DNA of 63,685 nucleotides, filler included, from Octopus bimaculoides (GCF_001194135.2; 9 parts of 9 records of this genome joined end to end with filler, not necessarily neighbours in it), one strand, 5' to 3'; shown: positions 26,226 to 39,758, counted from the first letter of the whole stretch. Notes: generated from the letters alone by a model not told the origin. A program made the numbers and translations.

Positions 26226-27819
26226 GTAAGGGCTAAACTATTTTTGAATCTTTTATAGATATTTTATTAAGACATATTTTATGGTCAATATTTAATATTT
26301 TAATGTTTCACACAACTTATCAAGTCTGTATTTCGTGATTTTTACCCTGTTTTGGTCAGCCAAATTTATGATCATCTTACATTCTAGCTGTGCAGATATA
26401 CATTTCATTATACTGAGTTCAAAGTAAAAAAATTAATGTTTATCTTTACTTGCCCTCTTGACAGGACAGAGCCCATATCTTGCTCACAAGTTCTTTTTTC
26501 AACTTGGTCTCTATGGCTAGATGCCCTTCCTAATGCCAACCATTTTACAGAGGTGTATTGGGTGCATTATGTCATAGCACTAGCACTAAAGAATCATCTC
26601 TATAGTAAAGTGTATTCATCCCTGTACCAATCACTTTACTGTGGAAGAAAAAAGTCAAAATTATTGTTTAGGTAATTATTTTCCATTTTGGGTTCCTGTT
26701 TCCTTTGTGTGGCTTATGGTGGCTAATAAGATTGTGGGATGAAAGGACAGGGCATAATAGGTGAGGAGAGAGAAGAGTGAGCTGAAAGTGCCTAAGTGGA
26801 GGTGGTAAGAGTCCAGCAAGCTCCAAAGGGCAGAGGCCATTGTAGTAGCAGTAGGAGACACCATGTCTTTCGATCAGTTGTCAGAGTGTATTTGTGACTT
26901 CATGCCAATCATCCAAGTGATTTTTCTCTGGCTGTGGTCTAGAGTATCTGTATGTAGCAAAAGCAGTGTTCCAGAGCTAGTAGTTGATTGGAGCTTAAAT
27001 ATTTTGTAACTTTGAAATGCAAGTTTTACTGTTTTAAGAATGTTTGTTCACGAGGAAAGGTCTTTAAATATAGTGAGCCCTAGCATTTGAATTGATATTG
27101 TAGGTGCTAGTTGCATTCTATTTGTAATTAAAAAGGATGAGGTGCAATGTTTTCTTGATATTTGCAGTGACTTGCTATTTTACTGTTGGAGACAAGACTG
27201 GGTTGATCACATTGGTGAATGCATTTGTGGTCTCTGATCATAGTCAGTGCAGAGTTAGCATGAAGTGTCCAAGTTGCAAATGGATAAAACTTGGATGTAG
27301 AAGGCTAGGGAAGAATCATGGGTGCTGCTTGCAAAGGAGTGGGGTTTTTAATGAATTTTTTTGTGATTTATTATTGTTTTGTTTTTGTTTCTCTTCTGTG
27401 TTCAACTGTTAATCGGTGAGTGAGTTTATGCCACTCCCAGGGTTAGTCAGATAGATTTTATTTCATTGTGACCTAAAATGTCTGTGTACGTGTCAGTGTT
27501 AATCATAATTCAGTTTTAGCATTGGAAATGTATTCGTTGACATAATTTTAGTATGAAATGATATATTACATTAAGAAATTGGTCAAAGGCTAAAAATTTT
27601 ATGGAGTTATGAATAAAACAATGTAGCTAGCAGCCATCCTGAATTTAGTACTGTTGCTCCATTTGAATTTTAGTGGGGATTTTAAAGTATGTCATTTAAT
27701 TGGGTGTTCTGCACTCAACGATGTCAGAATAAAGTTCATTCACTTTAATGGTGAGATAGTACATAATTTTACTAACTTAACAAGCACACACACCACAAAT
27801 ACCTGGACACATTATTATT

Positions 27820-28080
27820 ATTAGAGTACAAGGTTATTGACAGAAGAATTATACGCAGTCACATGAAAGGATTGCAGCACACCTTGACGGTTGAAGCCAA
27901 TTGGAATGGAATCTCCTGTAGAGCTTCTACAGAAGATTTGCCTCTTAGGATCAGGAAAGATCATGAGAAGGGTTTTTGAGCACTTGGTGGTTTATTGAAA
28001 TCCTGTGGACACCTAAGGTTACAGGGAGTAACCTGCTGCCTGCATAAATTCTACCAGGAATAAGACTAATCCTAAGTCAG
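27820..28080 (+). mobile_element. R4/Dong-like LINE 3' fragment
   Basis: GMESPVELLQKICLLGSGKIMRRVF resembles the R4/Dong C-terminal LQKA.LLGTARI.R.VL motif; it follows a short (TTA)n run. Confidence 0.55.
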
Positions 28081-28092
28081 GTTGAAAGATAA

Positions 28093-28262
28093 TAGGCACA
28101 GGCATGGCTGTGTGGTTTAGAAGTTTGCTTCCTATCTATATGATTTGGGGTTCAGTCCCACTGTGGTACTTTGGGTAAGTGTGTTCTGCTATAGCTCCAG
28201 GTCGATCAAAGCCTTGTAAGTGGATTTGACAGATGGAAACTGAAAGAAGCTTGTCATGTGTG
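28093..28262 (+). mobile_element. SINE family A 5' half in a GALNT2 intron
   Basis: GGCATGGCTGTGTGG...GGGGTTCAGTCCCACTG...AAAGCCTTGTAAGTGGATTTG. Confidence 0.75.
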
Positions 28263-29103
28263 TCTGTATGTTAATGTGTGTGTGTGTGTTTGTGTCTCCT
28301 TGTCTTAACATTGTATGATAGTCGTAAACGAGTGTCACTGCCATACAAGCAGTGTCATTCATTTCCAATATTTTGCAAAAGAACATATACAGGTATAGAG
28401 AAATACTACTTTGCTTAAAAACAGGTGAAAGTTGGCAACTGGAAGGGAATCTGGCTATAGAAAATTTACCTGAGTAAACTCCATCTGACCCATATAAGCA
28501 AGGAAAAGTGGATGTTAAAGCTATTATTATTACTAAGATGGCAAGCTGGCAGAATCGTTAGCACACCCAGGTGAAATGCTTAGTGGTATTTCGACCATCG
28601 CTATGTTCTGTGTTCAAATTCCACCAAAGTTGACTTTGCCTTTCATCTTTTCGGGATCAATAAAATAAGTACCAGTTGAGTACTGGGGTTGATGTAATCG
28701 ACTATCTCTCTCCCCCAAAATTTCAGGCCTTGTGCTTATAGTAGAAAGGATTATTATTATTATTATCATCATCATCGTCACTGGGAAACAGATGACGTTG
28801 GTCAGTCCCATATCCTCACCTGACAGTTACTCAGGAGCTAGCTCCTGGTTTGTGGTTCTTTCACCTTCGTCTCAAGGAAGAAACCATTGGCCACAAGAAT
28901 TATATCCTTCACATTTTGTCCAATCCCAGGCAAAATCAAAATCATCTGTGTCGCTATTGTGACTTCATCGCAAAATCCATACCTGGACTCAAATTACATT
29001 CATAAATCCACCGCAAATAGAGGTAGCTTCTTTTATTCTTAAACTTTTTTTTTTAAATCCTTTCCTTCAAACACTCATATGTTGAAATCAATGAGAATAA
29101 TTG

Positions 29104-29182
<79 letters not shown>

Positions 29183-29468
29183 GGGGATCATCATCANNNN
29201 NNNNNNCATTGCTACATCTCTACATTTACTCTCTATATAAACCATCTACTGTGTGGGGGGGGGGGGGCACATTTCCACACCTGTATACTATCTCATATAC
29301 ATACTGTACTCACATGTTGCAACACCACATCATTCTGTAATATATGCACATATACATGTTACAAAAACACACTGAACTTATATATATAGATGCACACACT
29401 CACACACAAACATATGTTACAGTAACATACTGTTCTAACATATATATCCTCAATGCTTTATTATGCAG

Positions 29469-29595
29469 AATACCAGAAAACCAGGACATGTTATATGGTA
29501 TGATCAGACAAGGAGACCTTTGTATAGATACCTTGGGCCATACGGCTGAAGGTAATGTTGGATTATTCCATTGTCACAACTCTGGGGGAAATCAG
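29469..29595 (+). CDS. GALNT2: GALNT2 internal exon (ricin-type lectin domain, first subdomain)
   Basis: tgcag|A ATA...AAT CAG|gtaggt; 127 bp; (K)IPENQDMLYGMIRQGDLCIDTLGHTAEGNVGLFHCHNSGGNQ with the CLD...CH-GGNQ lectin motif. Confidence 0.93.
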
Positions 29596-30499
29596 GTAGG
29601 TATTTTTCTTTTTTCTTTTTCATTTTTGACTCCTTTTGATTTGAAAGAACCACCAAATCACAGCCTACCGTTTTGAAAACAAGGACCTAAATCAAAGGCC
29701 TCAGGCAGCCCACTTATACGTACCTTACTTCATTGGACACTAAACTCCGCTTGCGAAGACCTGTTGAGGCAAGTGAAATCGAAATTGAATTAAATTTGAC
29801 GACTGGCACCCATGCCAACGTCGTCTCCATCATTGGAAACGAAACTCAGCTTGCGAAGACTTATTTGGGCAAGCGAAAGTGAAACCGTTAATGGCACCTG
29901 TGCCCAGCATCGCCTTCCTGGCACTTGTGCCAGATGGCATGTGTAAAGACATTCGAGCGAGATCGTTGNNNNNNNNNNNNNNNNNNNNNNNNNNNNNNNN
30001 NNNNNNNNNNNNNNNNNNNNNNNNNNNNNNNNNNNNNNNNNNNNNNNNNNNNNNNNNNNNNNNNNNNNNNNNNNNNNNNNNNNNNNNNNNNNNNNNNNNN
30101 NNNNNNNNNNNNNNNNNNNNNNNNNNNNNNNNNNNNNNNNNNNNNNNNNNNNNNNNNNNNNNNNNNNNNNNNNNNNNNNNNNNNNNNNNNNNNNNNNNNN
30201 NNNNNNNNNNNNNNNNNNNNNNNNNNNNNNNNNNNNNNNNNNNNNNNNNNNNNNNNNNNNNNNNNNNNNNNNNNNNNNNNNNNNNNNNNNNNNNNNNNNN
30301 NNNNNNNNNNNNNNNNNNNNNNNNNNNNNNNNNNNNNNNNNNNNNNNNNNNNNNNNNNNNNNNNNNNNNNNNNNNNNNNNNNNNNNNNNNNNNNNNNNNN
30401 NNNNNNNNNNNNNNNNNNNGGCTGGTGATGGTTGGAATACTGTTGACCATTGGTTTGTTGGATCAGAGTTGATTCAGGATTAAACAATGACATAACCCA

Positions 30500-30860
30500 T
30501 GTCACCATTGTGTAATAATGTAGTTACCATTACCACCATCACATCCATTACCACTATTCCTGTCATAACCTCCATCACTAATCACTGCCATATATCACCA
30601 TTTCCATTATCGTCACCACCACCATCTCCAACACCACCACCATCATCATCAGCATCACTTCCAACACCACCGCTGTCTCTATTGCTTCCAACATCACCAC
30701 CACCAACAACATCATCACCCCCAACACCATCATTGTCTCTATTGCCTCCAACACTACCACCACCATCACCACTACTACCAATATCGCCACTGTCACCACC
30801 ACCACCACCACTATCACCACTATCTCTGCAATCACTGCTACTATTCATCATCATCATCGT
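30500..30860. repeat. Degenerate (CCA/TCA)n trinucleotide low-complexity tract
   Basis: Directly visible; source of the spurious Pro/Thr-rich ORFs. Confidence 0.9.
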
Positions 30861-31019
30861 TTAACGTCCACTTTCCATCCTAGCATGGGTTGGATGATTT
30901 GACTGAGGAGTGGTGAAACCAGATGGCTACACCAGGCTCCAATCTGATTTGGCAGAGTTTCTACAGCTGGATGCCTTTCCTAACACCAACCACTCAGAGA
31001 GTGTAGTGGGTGCTTTTAT
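30846..31019 (-). mobile_element. Short element with RTE-type (GAT)n tail; other copies at about 23660-23880, 31480-31818(+), 34360-34550, 35950-36120, 37205-37640, 50930-51040, 51760-51845
   Basis: CATCATCATCGTTTAACGTCC-CTTTCCATGCTAGCATGGGTTGGA...CTACAGCTGGATGCCCTTCCTAATGCCAACCAC recurs; its end matches the RTE 3' end at 45136-45400. Confidence 0.75.
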
Positions 31020-32247
31020 GTTCCACCTTAGGTGAGCTTGTATTTGGTTTCCTTGACTTACTAGAAATTGCAGCTAAATCTCTTTTCACCTGTATTATCT
31101 TGTGAAAGAAAAAGATATGTTGGATAATATAGTCCTGGACATATTTAAATCATTAAGATAGTCATGGTTGGATTGTCTTAGATTGCTGATCTGCTCATTC
31201 AGTGCTGATCTTGAGTTAAACAACAGCATGAACCATCCAGCTGAAGGAGCCACTTACTTTTGTCTCAGCTTTCTAAAAAATAGCAGATTACATAGGATTA
31301 TGTAGTGCTAAGATACACTGTATCTGAAACAGACAGGATGGTCGTGGCTAGAACACCTTTTATCATAGGTTTGTTTTTGTTTATCAGTGCTACCCGGAGC
31401 TAAACAAGGTGAGAGAGAGGGAGAGTGGGAAGGGAGCTCTCTATGATGTAGCTCAAAATCTTAGAGCAGCAGCTAATTTTCCTTCTATTGTGATGGCACT
31501 TGTGCCGGTGGCACGTGTAAGGACATTCGAGCGAGATCGTTACTAGTGCCGCTGGACTGGCTCCCGTGCAGGTGACACGTAAAAGACACCATTTTGAGCA
31601 TGGCCATTGCCAGTACCGCCTGACTGGCCTTCGTGCCGGTGGCATGTAATAGCACCCACTACACTCTGAGAGTGGTTGGCATTAGGAAGGGCATCCAGCT
31701 GTAGAAACTCTGCCAAATCAGATTGGAGCCTGATGTAGCCATCTGGTTTCACCAGTCCTCAGTCAAATCGTCCAACCCATGCTAGCATGGAAAGCGGACG
31801 TTAAATGATGATGATGATATGATTACAATTGGGAGACCAACATATCAGGTGTTGTTGACCTGGATGTACTAGATGGAGCAGTCATGGCTGAAATGTCATT
31901 AGTCATTGGTCTGAGGGATCAGCAAAAACTGACTTGGTATAAAACAAGAATATCCAGTTATAATAGATATATATTCTATGTTGTGTACACACACACACAA
32001 GCGTACACACAAACACATGCACACATGATATGTAAAAAACAAAAAAAAAAAAGATGAGGGTGATTGTTGACGGATGGCACATAACCAGGCAGAGACGGGA
32101 TAAATCAGCAAGATCTGTCATTTTTCACTTTAAGGTTGGGTGGTGTGGGTGGAAATTGTGCAGAATTTACAAACAGGATGTTAATTTTTTCTTTTTATTC
32201 CTTGATGGTTGGGGACTTGTCTCTAGTACACACACACACACACTCTG

Positions 32248-32279
<32 letters not shown>

Positions 32280-32653
32280 ACACATAGTAACACAAACACT
32301 CTGTCTCACATACACACATACTAACACATACGCAAACACACTCTTCTCTTTCTCTCTCTCACACACATACATATACATATATATACTTATACTAACACAT
32401 ACATGCATACACACATTCATACATATGCATATATTAACACACATACATATAAAAATGAGAGTTATTCTTGCCTATTTTCTCAACCTGGGTCTGATACAAG
32501 TAATTCTTGTCTAACGGGTAAGAAACTCCTACAATTCTCAGTATCACTCTGGATTCCTTTGTTTGCTTCTTCTTCCTTTCCGTTTAAATTTTTAACACAT
32601 TCACTCTCTCACTTTGGTGAAACCTTGAATGTGAAGGCAGTTTCAACAAGTTG

Positions 32654-32691
<38 letters not shown>

Positions 32692-33235
32692 CACTCCCCT
32701 TTCTGTATCTTTCCCCTCTACAACCCCCTCTCTTTATCACTCTCTTTCTTTGTGACACTCAGTCAACATACTATTACACATACGAGTATGACCTTGTGTC
32801 TCTCAGTCAACACATGTAGGGGAAACATATCCCTCCACCTCAGCTCTCTTTGAGAGAAAGAAGGAGAGAGAGTGAGGGACAGAGAAAGAGAGAGAAGGAC
32901 CAAAATGAAATCCAGTATTTGTGCTTTCTGCTGTCATAGCTACATACCCCCAATCCTATCGTTTCTTCCACCTACCACCAACTCCTGAGGTAACAATTTA
33001 CTTCCTCTGGTGGGTGTATACTTTACTTATACCTCTTCCTCACCTTGGTGCTATCCAGCTGTGTATATTTTGGTATATAATCAAATATATGCATGAATAT
33101 GCATCCAGATGTGCACTCACATTCATTTGTGAAGACTCATATGTGCACCCACATGTGAATGCACATATACTTCCTATCCTCTCCACATATGACCCATCTC
33201 CTAATATAATAATGAGCACAGTGTTTTTATATAGT

Positions 33236-33288
<53 letters not shown>

Positions 33289-33727
33289 GTATATATATTT
33301 GTCCATAATCATGCCGGATGCGGAGGAGGAGAGAAAATAGTCATTCAGTGAAGGAGAAGTAGTGAGAGTAATAGCTCTGACTGTGAGGGCATGAGAGAAA
33401 GGAAGTGGTGAAAAAGAAAGTCAGCGTTTCAACTCTGTGTGAGTATGTATGTGTGTGTGTGTGTGTGTGTGTACATGGGAAATATGTGAATGTTTGTATG
33501 TTTGATTATTATGTACCTTATTTATATATAAAATACTACAATTCGCCGACATTATTGACAGCATGTGGTCAGCTAGTATATATATAAATGGACACACATG
33601 CACACACACACATACACACACACACATACAGACACACATACACAAAACTTTTCTTGTATGGGTTTTCCATAATCTCTACATTCTTATACATACATATACA
33701 TGCACACATGCATTTACACATTTGTGT

Positions 33728-33766
<39 letters not shown>

Positions 33767-36117
33767 AAACCATACCAACTTGAGCAAAACAAGGGTGCTT
33801 CTGCATGGTGGTTCAATTGGCTAGAAATAGCAGTCAAATCTCAAGTTAATCTACTGTCTTAAAAAGCCCACATTGAATAAATATGGTGCAAGATACACTA
33901 TGCCTTAAAAAATGGGATGTTTACAACTGGAACAACACACATAATTGTGGTGCATACAAATAATATTCATGACACAGTTTCAATTCTCAGCTGGAGCATG
34001 TTTACTTAGCTTCAGGGAAACTCATCATAATGTCCATATATAGTTATTCGTGTATCTACATATTGCATTCCTTACACAATGATATTCTTAAGCCCCATCT
34101 CAGCACTCTGCCTTCACTTTCTCATCCCTATAGCTATCACTTCTTCCAACCACCGTTTGTCTCGATGGCACCAGTTTACTTCCAGATCGAATGCTTTCCA
34201 GCTGTGACCATCATGTCAAACTTTTAGGCATGATGGATCCTCTGTCAGTTTTGGTAATGAATGTCTGGCTCATTGAATTAACATGTAAGTGGCTGAGTAC
34301 TCCACAGCCATATGTATCCTTAATGTAACTCTCATATAGAATCAGTATGATAAATCATCATCATCATCATCACTGTTTAATGTCCATCTTCCATGCTGGT
34401 ATGGGTTGGATGGTTTCACAGGAGCCAATGAGCCAGGGGAATGTGCCAGGTTCCAGTGTCTGTTTTGGCATGGTTTCTATAGCTGAATGCCCTTCCTAAT
34501 GCCAACCACTTCACAGAGTGTATGGGGTGTTTTTGACATAGCACCTGCACTAAGTAATTCACAAGACTAGACCCCTCAACTGAACAGGGTGTAGTACTGA
34601 GGGAGATGGCTTTGTGCCAAGTGATGAGAGGTTAGAGTATGATAGAGGTCAGAGACAGGTGTGATAGAGAGACAACTTTGACTTACAGGTATAATCCATT
34701 TGACAGGCTTGTAAGCGGTTTCTTTCTTCCTTGGCTCAACTCAAAGCTTTGGTAGACACACTTGCACAAGTTACCATGCTGTAGGATCGAACTTGAGACT
34801 TTATATTTGCAAAGCAAACTTCTTAACCACTTGGCCATCTTTGTGTCCACATTCTTTTGGCATAGTGTATCTAGGATTCCTCCACAAGATCCAGTCCTTG
34901 TAGTGTGGTGGCTTGTTAGCCTTAGTAACTCTGAAAGTTATGCTAGCAGAGTACAAGGTCCTGGTAGAGCCTCCCATGTTGGACAGATCAATCAATGAAT
35001 GGAGGTTAGACTAATGGGTTTGCATAGGGCCAACACCCCTAACTAGAAAAAAAAAAGCAAAGTTACATCGATGATAATACAAAACCAACAAGACTTATGA
35101 AAGGACAGCCTGGAGTTGAAAACAGTGAAGAAAAGTTGTAGATGGCCTATATTCCATACAGTGTAAAGGGGCTTAAGTAGGCCTCCATTATCCTTTTGTA
35201 AAATAATAGGATGGGATTTTGCGGGACATTTGAAACAATATTAAGCATAGACTTCTGGCCTACTAAAAATAGCAGTTCAGACAACCATGGGAGACTCATT
35301 GTTTTGACCTTTCTGTAATGTCTATCCAGAGTATTGGCTTCTCTTAATTTCTGGTGGTGGTGATGATAATGGAGATTGTGATTGTGATGGTAGTTGAAGT
35401 TTTGGCTAGGTAGCTGGGGTAGCGGAGGTTTCTCTATCCTCTTCAACCCCACCTGTCTCTCATCTGTCTGTTTGATGAAATACTCCGAGGTGACCTTTTA
35501 CCTTTGTGTAAAATCTGTATAAAATATTCTTTGATGACTTGCCCTCTCCAGTGTGTAAATAATTCTCTTGTTCTATGAAGTATTATCTTATGACCTTTCC
35601 ACCTGTATGTGAAACAACTTCATAATATTTTGGTAATTGTAATAGTTTTTGTAAGTGACTTAATCATGTCTTGGAAAATGAAACAATTACATTGTGGAAC
35701 AGTCATTTTAGCCAGTTTCAAATATATAACATTTCACTTTTTGTTTATTTCATGATAGTTCCGTGTGTCAATGACAAGGTCACGAATGTGTAACAAAACT
35801 ATTTGACACATTGTAATTTCATAATGTTATGAAATAAAAGTAAAAGTAAATGAATCAGTTTTGATGAGGAGGATTGAGTTGTTTGATCAACTAAATTAGT
35901 ATGTTTATGGCTGAATATTCCACAGAACCACCACCACCACAACCACCTGCATCGTTTAACGTTCATTTTCCATGCTGAATGACTTGACAGGAGCTGGCAA
36001 AGCCTGCCTCCCCCCCACCATATCAGATTGCATAGTCTGTTTGGCTTGATTTCTACAGCTGGATGCCCTTCCTAATGCCAACCACTTTACAGAGTGTACT
36101 GGGTGCTTTTCACCTGT

Positions 36118-36380
36118 GCTTTTTATGTGACAGCAGCACCAGTGCATTTTACATGGCATCAGCACCATGCTTTTTAATGTGACAGCAGCACCAGTGCTTT
36201 TTACATGGCATCAGCACCATGCTTTTTAATGTGACAGCAGCACCAGTGCTTTTTATNNNNNNNNNNGCTTTTTACATGGCATCAGCACCATGCTTTTTAA
36301 TGTGACAGCAGCACCAGTGCTTTTTACATGGCATCAGCACCATGCTTTTTAATGTGACAGCAGCACCAGTGCTTTTTATG
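36118..36380 (+). repeat. Homogeneous 52-bp tandem repeat made of two related ~26-bp subunits
   Basis: Unit ATGTGACAGCAGCACCAGTGCTTTTTACATGGCATCAGCACCATGCTTTTTA repeated ~5 times across a 10-N gap. Confidence 0.9.
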
Positions 36381-36731
36381 TGGTACTGTCATTAATCTAA
36401 TCATCAAGTTGAATCAGCATGATACAGCATGTATGATAAAGATGTGTTTTGCATTACAACTACAATCTATCTTACGAGCTGCACTGTTTCATTTTGAATT
36501 ACAGGGCTTGAGTCAAACCAAGATTATGGTTTACATTTGCCCAAGATACTATGCAGTGGAATGGAACCTGTTGCTTTGTGATTGCAAATTATTCGATCAT
36601 GCTGCATCCATAATATTGTGTTTTGAAATGACTAAAATGACTCTTCTCTGATATAATTAATAAATGATGTATAAATATTCAATCTTATTGATTATTGTTT
36701 TACCTTGATGTGATATCATTCTTCTCCTTAG

Positions 36732-36851
36732 GAATGGGTGCTTTCTGAGAATGGCAACTTGAAGCATCTAGATATGTGTGTTACGTTACCAGAGGTATTA
36801 TCTGGTGTAACTTTGAAATTGGCACAATGTGTTCCAGGTGACAAAATGATG
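36732..36851 (+). CDS. GALNT2: GALNT2 internal exon (ricin-type lectin domain, second subdomain); terminal exon not in this scaffold
   Basis: cttag|GAA TGG...ATG ATG|gtaagt; 120 bp, phase 0/0; EWVLSENGNLKHLDMCVTLPEVLSGVTLKLAQCVPGDKMM, co-linear with EWALTKEKSVKHMDLCLTV of vertebrate GALNT2 (recalled). Confidence 0.9.
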
Positions 36852-38034
36852 GTAAGTCCTTGACTCCATAATTTTTATGCAGTTTCTACAATTTGTATAG
36901 AGGTTATTAGCATTATTTAGACAGTATTCTTCCACCTGTTAGAACCATAATATACAGTTTAGGGCCATTTACATCTCAGTTTTATGTTTATCAGAACAGT
37001 AGGAAAAGCTAAAGTACATAAAGTCCGATAAGGGCCTGTAAGAAATGAAGTCTGTAAGAAGACTGTATGTCAAAGTAGGGCTGAAAGAGCCAAAGAAGGC
37101 TTCATGAATATCCAGTCAGGCTTGTTACTGTGGTGGTTGCATTGGTGTTGTTATTTTTTTTTAATGTTAAACGAATGATGATGTCTGCTGGCATGGGGTG
37201 TGATCACCATCATCATTGTTTAACGTCCGCTTTCCATGCTAGCATGGGTTGGACGATTTGACTGAGGACTGGCAAGCCAGAAGGCTGCACCAGGTTCCAA
37301 TCTGATTTGGCAGAGTTTCTACAGCTGGATGCCCTTCCTAATGCCAACCACTCCGAGAGTGGAAAAATGCATTCTTTCTTTTAGTCTTTTACTTGTTTCA
37401 GACACTAGACTACAGCCATGTCAAAGCACTGGCACTTTGTCAGTTAAAATGAAGAGGATTCCAGTTGATCCAATCAGCAGAACAATCTGCACCAGGTTCC
37501 AACCTGATTTGGCAGAGTTTCTACAGCTGGATGCCCTTCCAAACGCCAACCACTCCGAGAGTGTAGTGGGTGCTTTTACGTGCCACCTTCACGGGAGCCA
37601 GTCCAGCGGCACTGGCAACGACCTCGCTCGGAGTAATTTCTTATGCTATTCAGCTTACTTCCTACAGTTCAATGCTCTTCCTATCACCAACTACTTTACA
37701 GAGTGTATTGGGTGTGTTTTTCTTGTGGCACCATCACTAGAAAGATTGAATAGTCCTCAGTGAGACAGGATGAAAGGGACCTCATGTCTTTACACTTTCT
37801 CAGCTCATTTGCCAATCACTTTACAGTGTGCAGTGGGCACATTGTTTTGTGACATCTGTACTAGAGTGGTAATCTTGCTCAGTGTTCACACGAATAGAAA
37901 GTGTGATAGGAGAAGGTTTTCATAGCAATGTGAAATGGAATTCCTTGCTCAAGGTCACAATGTGCTACCTGGTCTGAAAATTGAGCCTGTGACCTAATAA
38001 TTGTGAGCTCAACACTCGACCACTAAGTTACATG

Positions 38035-38327
38035 CTCTTTACTTGTTTCAGTCATTTGACTGCTGCCATGCTGGAGCACCGCCTTTAGTTGAGCAAATCA
38101 ACCCCAGGACTTATTCTTTGGAAGCCTAGTACTTATTTTATCGGTCTCTTTTGTCAAGCGATGGTGGGGGGACAAACACAGACATACATACAAAATCCAC
38201 TCACAAGGCTTTGGTCGGCCCAAAGCTATAGTAGAAGACACTTGCCCAAGGTGCCACGCAGTGGGACTGAACCTGGAACCATGTGGTTGGTAAGCAAGCT
38301 ACTTACCACACAGCCACTCCTGCACCT
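38035..38327 (-). mobile_element. SINE family A copy with internal deletion
   Basis: Tail and head match; the middle is shortened. Confidence 0.75.
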
Positions 38328-38716
38328 ATACATTGCCTTCACATTTATGCAATAAAATATTTAAAATCTAAAGAAAAAAGTCATATGTCAGCTAATGCCG
38401 CAACAGAAACGAGTATAAAACTATATATCAATGTAGCAGCTATTTTGTGTGTATCACCAAATATAATTGTGATGGTTTAGCTAGGGGATAAGAATGGCCA
38501 GGGATAATTGTGGTGATTTGGTGAGGAGATAAGAATGGATACGGGATGAAAATTTGTCATTGTCTTGAGGTTAATGTTTGTCGTTGTTTGTGTTAAGTAT
38601 GTTTATACTGAAACAATTGCTTAAACTAAATATTCATTTAGCTGTTTTGGCTGCCATTATTCTGTCATATTAGTAAGGTGACGAGCTGGTAGAATTGTTA
38701 GCGAGCCAGACAAAAT

Positions 38717-39290
38717 GGATCTTTTTTAAAACGGGGGCCACATTTTTCATTAACGAAACACTTTGAAACTTGGAACACTGGTAGAATGTGTCATATAAAA
38801 CATCTTTTTCTCTTAGTCTTCTTAAAAAAAAAAGAAATCCATAAGTTATTCCATGTTAAAGTTGTCGTATTTCTGTAATTTCAACCAATCACTGACGTCC
38901 ATTCAGCTGATATACATTAAGTGCCGACTACATAAACAAACGATTCTGAAACAATTAACCCTAACCCTAACCCTAGGGTTAGGGTTAGGGTTAGGGTTAA
39001 AGCAAATTTAAAATGAAAAAAGCAAATAAAACGAAGGTATGGAGATTAAATATGCTTTACATCACTTAATCAGCCAAAGGAGTAAATGTAAACAACTGAA
39101 TACTTGTCAGTGATTGGTTGAAATTATCGAAATAAGACAATTTTTTACATGAAATAAATTCGAATACAAAAATATTTTTCTGTTCTATAACGCAAAATAG
39201 GTAAGTATACGAAGTTTGAAAGTCTTTCCGTACCAAAAACACTACGTAAAACATTCATGAAAAATGTGGCCCCCATTTTAAAATAGATCC
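38717..39290. mobile_element. 574-bp MITE with GG-starting TIRs, 8-bp TSD and a central telomeric palindrome (Merlin-like by inference)
   Basis: TIRs GGATCTTTTTTAAAACGGGGGCCACATTTTTCAT / ATGAAAAATGTGGCCCCCATTTTAAAATAGATCC; TSD GACAAAAT at 38709-38716 and 39291-39298; it splits a SINE. Confidence 0.9.
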
Positions 39291-39509
39291 GACAAAATAC
39301 TTTGTGGAATTTCTTCTGATTTTTACTTTCAAATCCTTCTGAGGTCAACTTTGCCTTTCATTCTTTTGGATTTGATAAAATAAAGTACCAGTCAATTATT
39401 AGAGGGTCAACCAACTTACTTCCTCTGAAAATTGTTGGCCTTGTGCCTAAATTAGAAGCCTGCATCTAAAGAAGAAAAAAAGAGAGATAAAAACATAAAG
39501 ATTAATATT

Positions 39510-39723
39510 GATTACTCTTTACTCTTTTACTTGTTTCAGTCATTTGACTGCGGCCATGCTGGAGCACCGCCTTTAGTTGAATCAAATCGACCCCAGGACT
39601 TATTCTTTGTAAGCCTAGTACTTATTCTATCGGTCTCTTTTTGCCGAACCGCTAAGTTACGGGGACGTAAACACACCAGCATTGGTTGTCAAGCAATGGT
39701 GGTGGGACAAACACAGATACACA

Positions 39724-39758
<35 letters not shown>

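Noticed and set aside
38955-39000. Telomere fusion site or true telomere
   Set aside because: The order is (CCCTAA)n then (TTAGGG)n, opposite to an end-to-end fusion; it has only 7 units and lies inside a TSD-flanked transposon.
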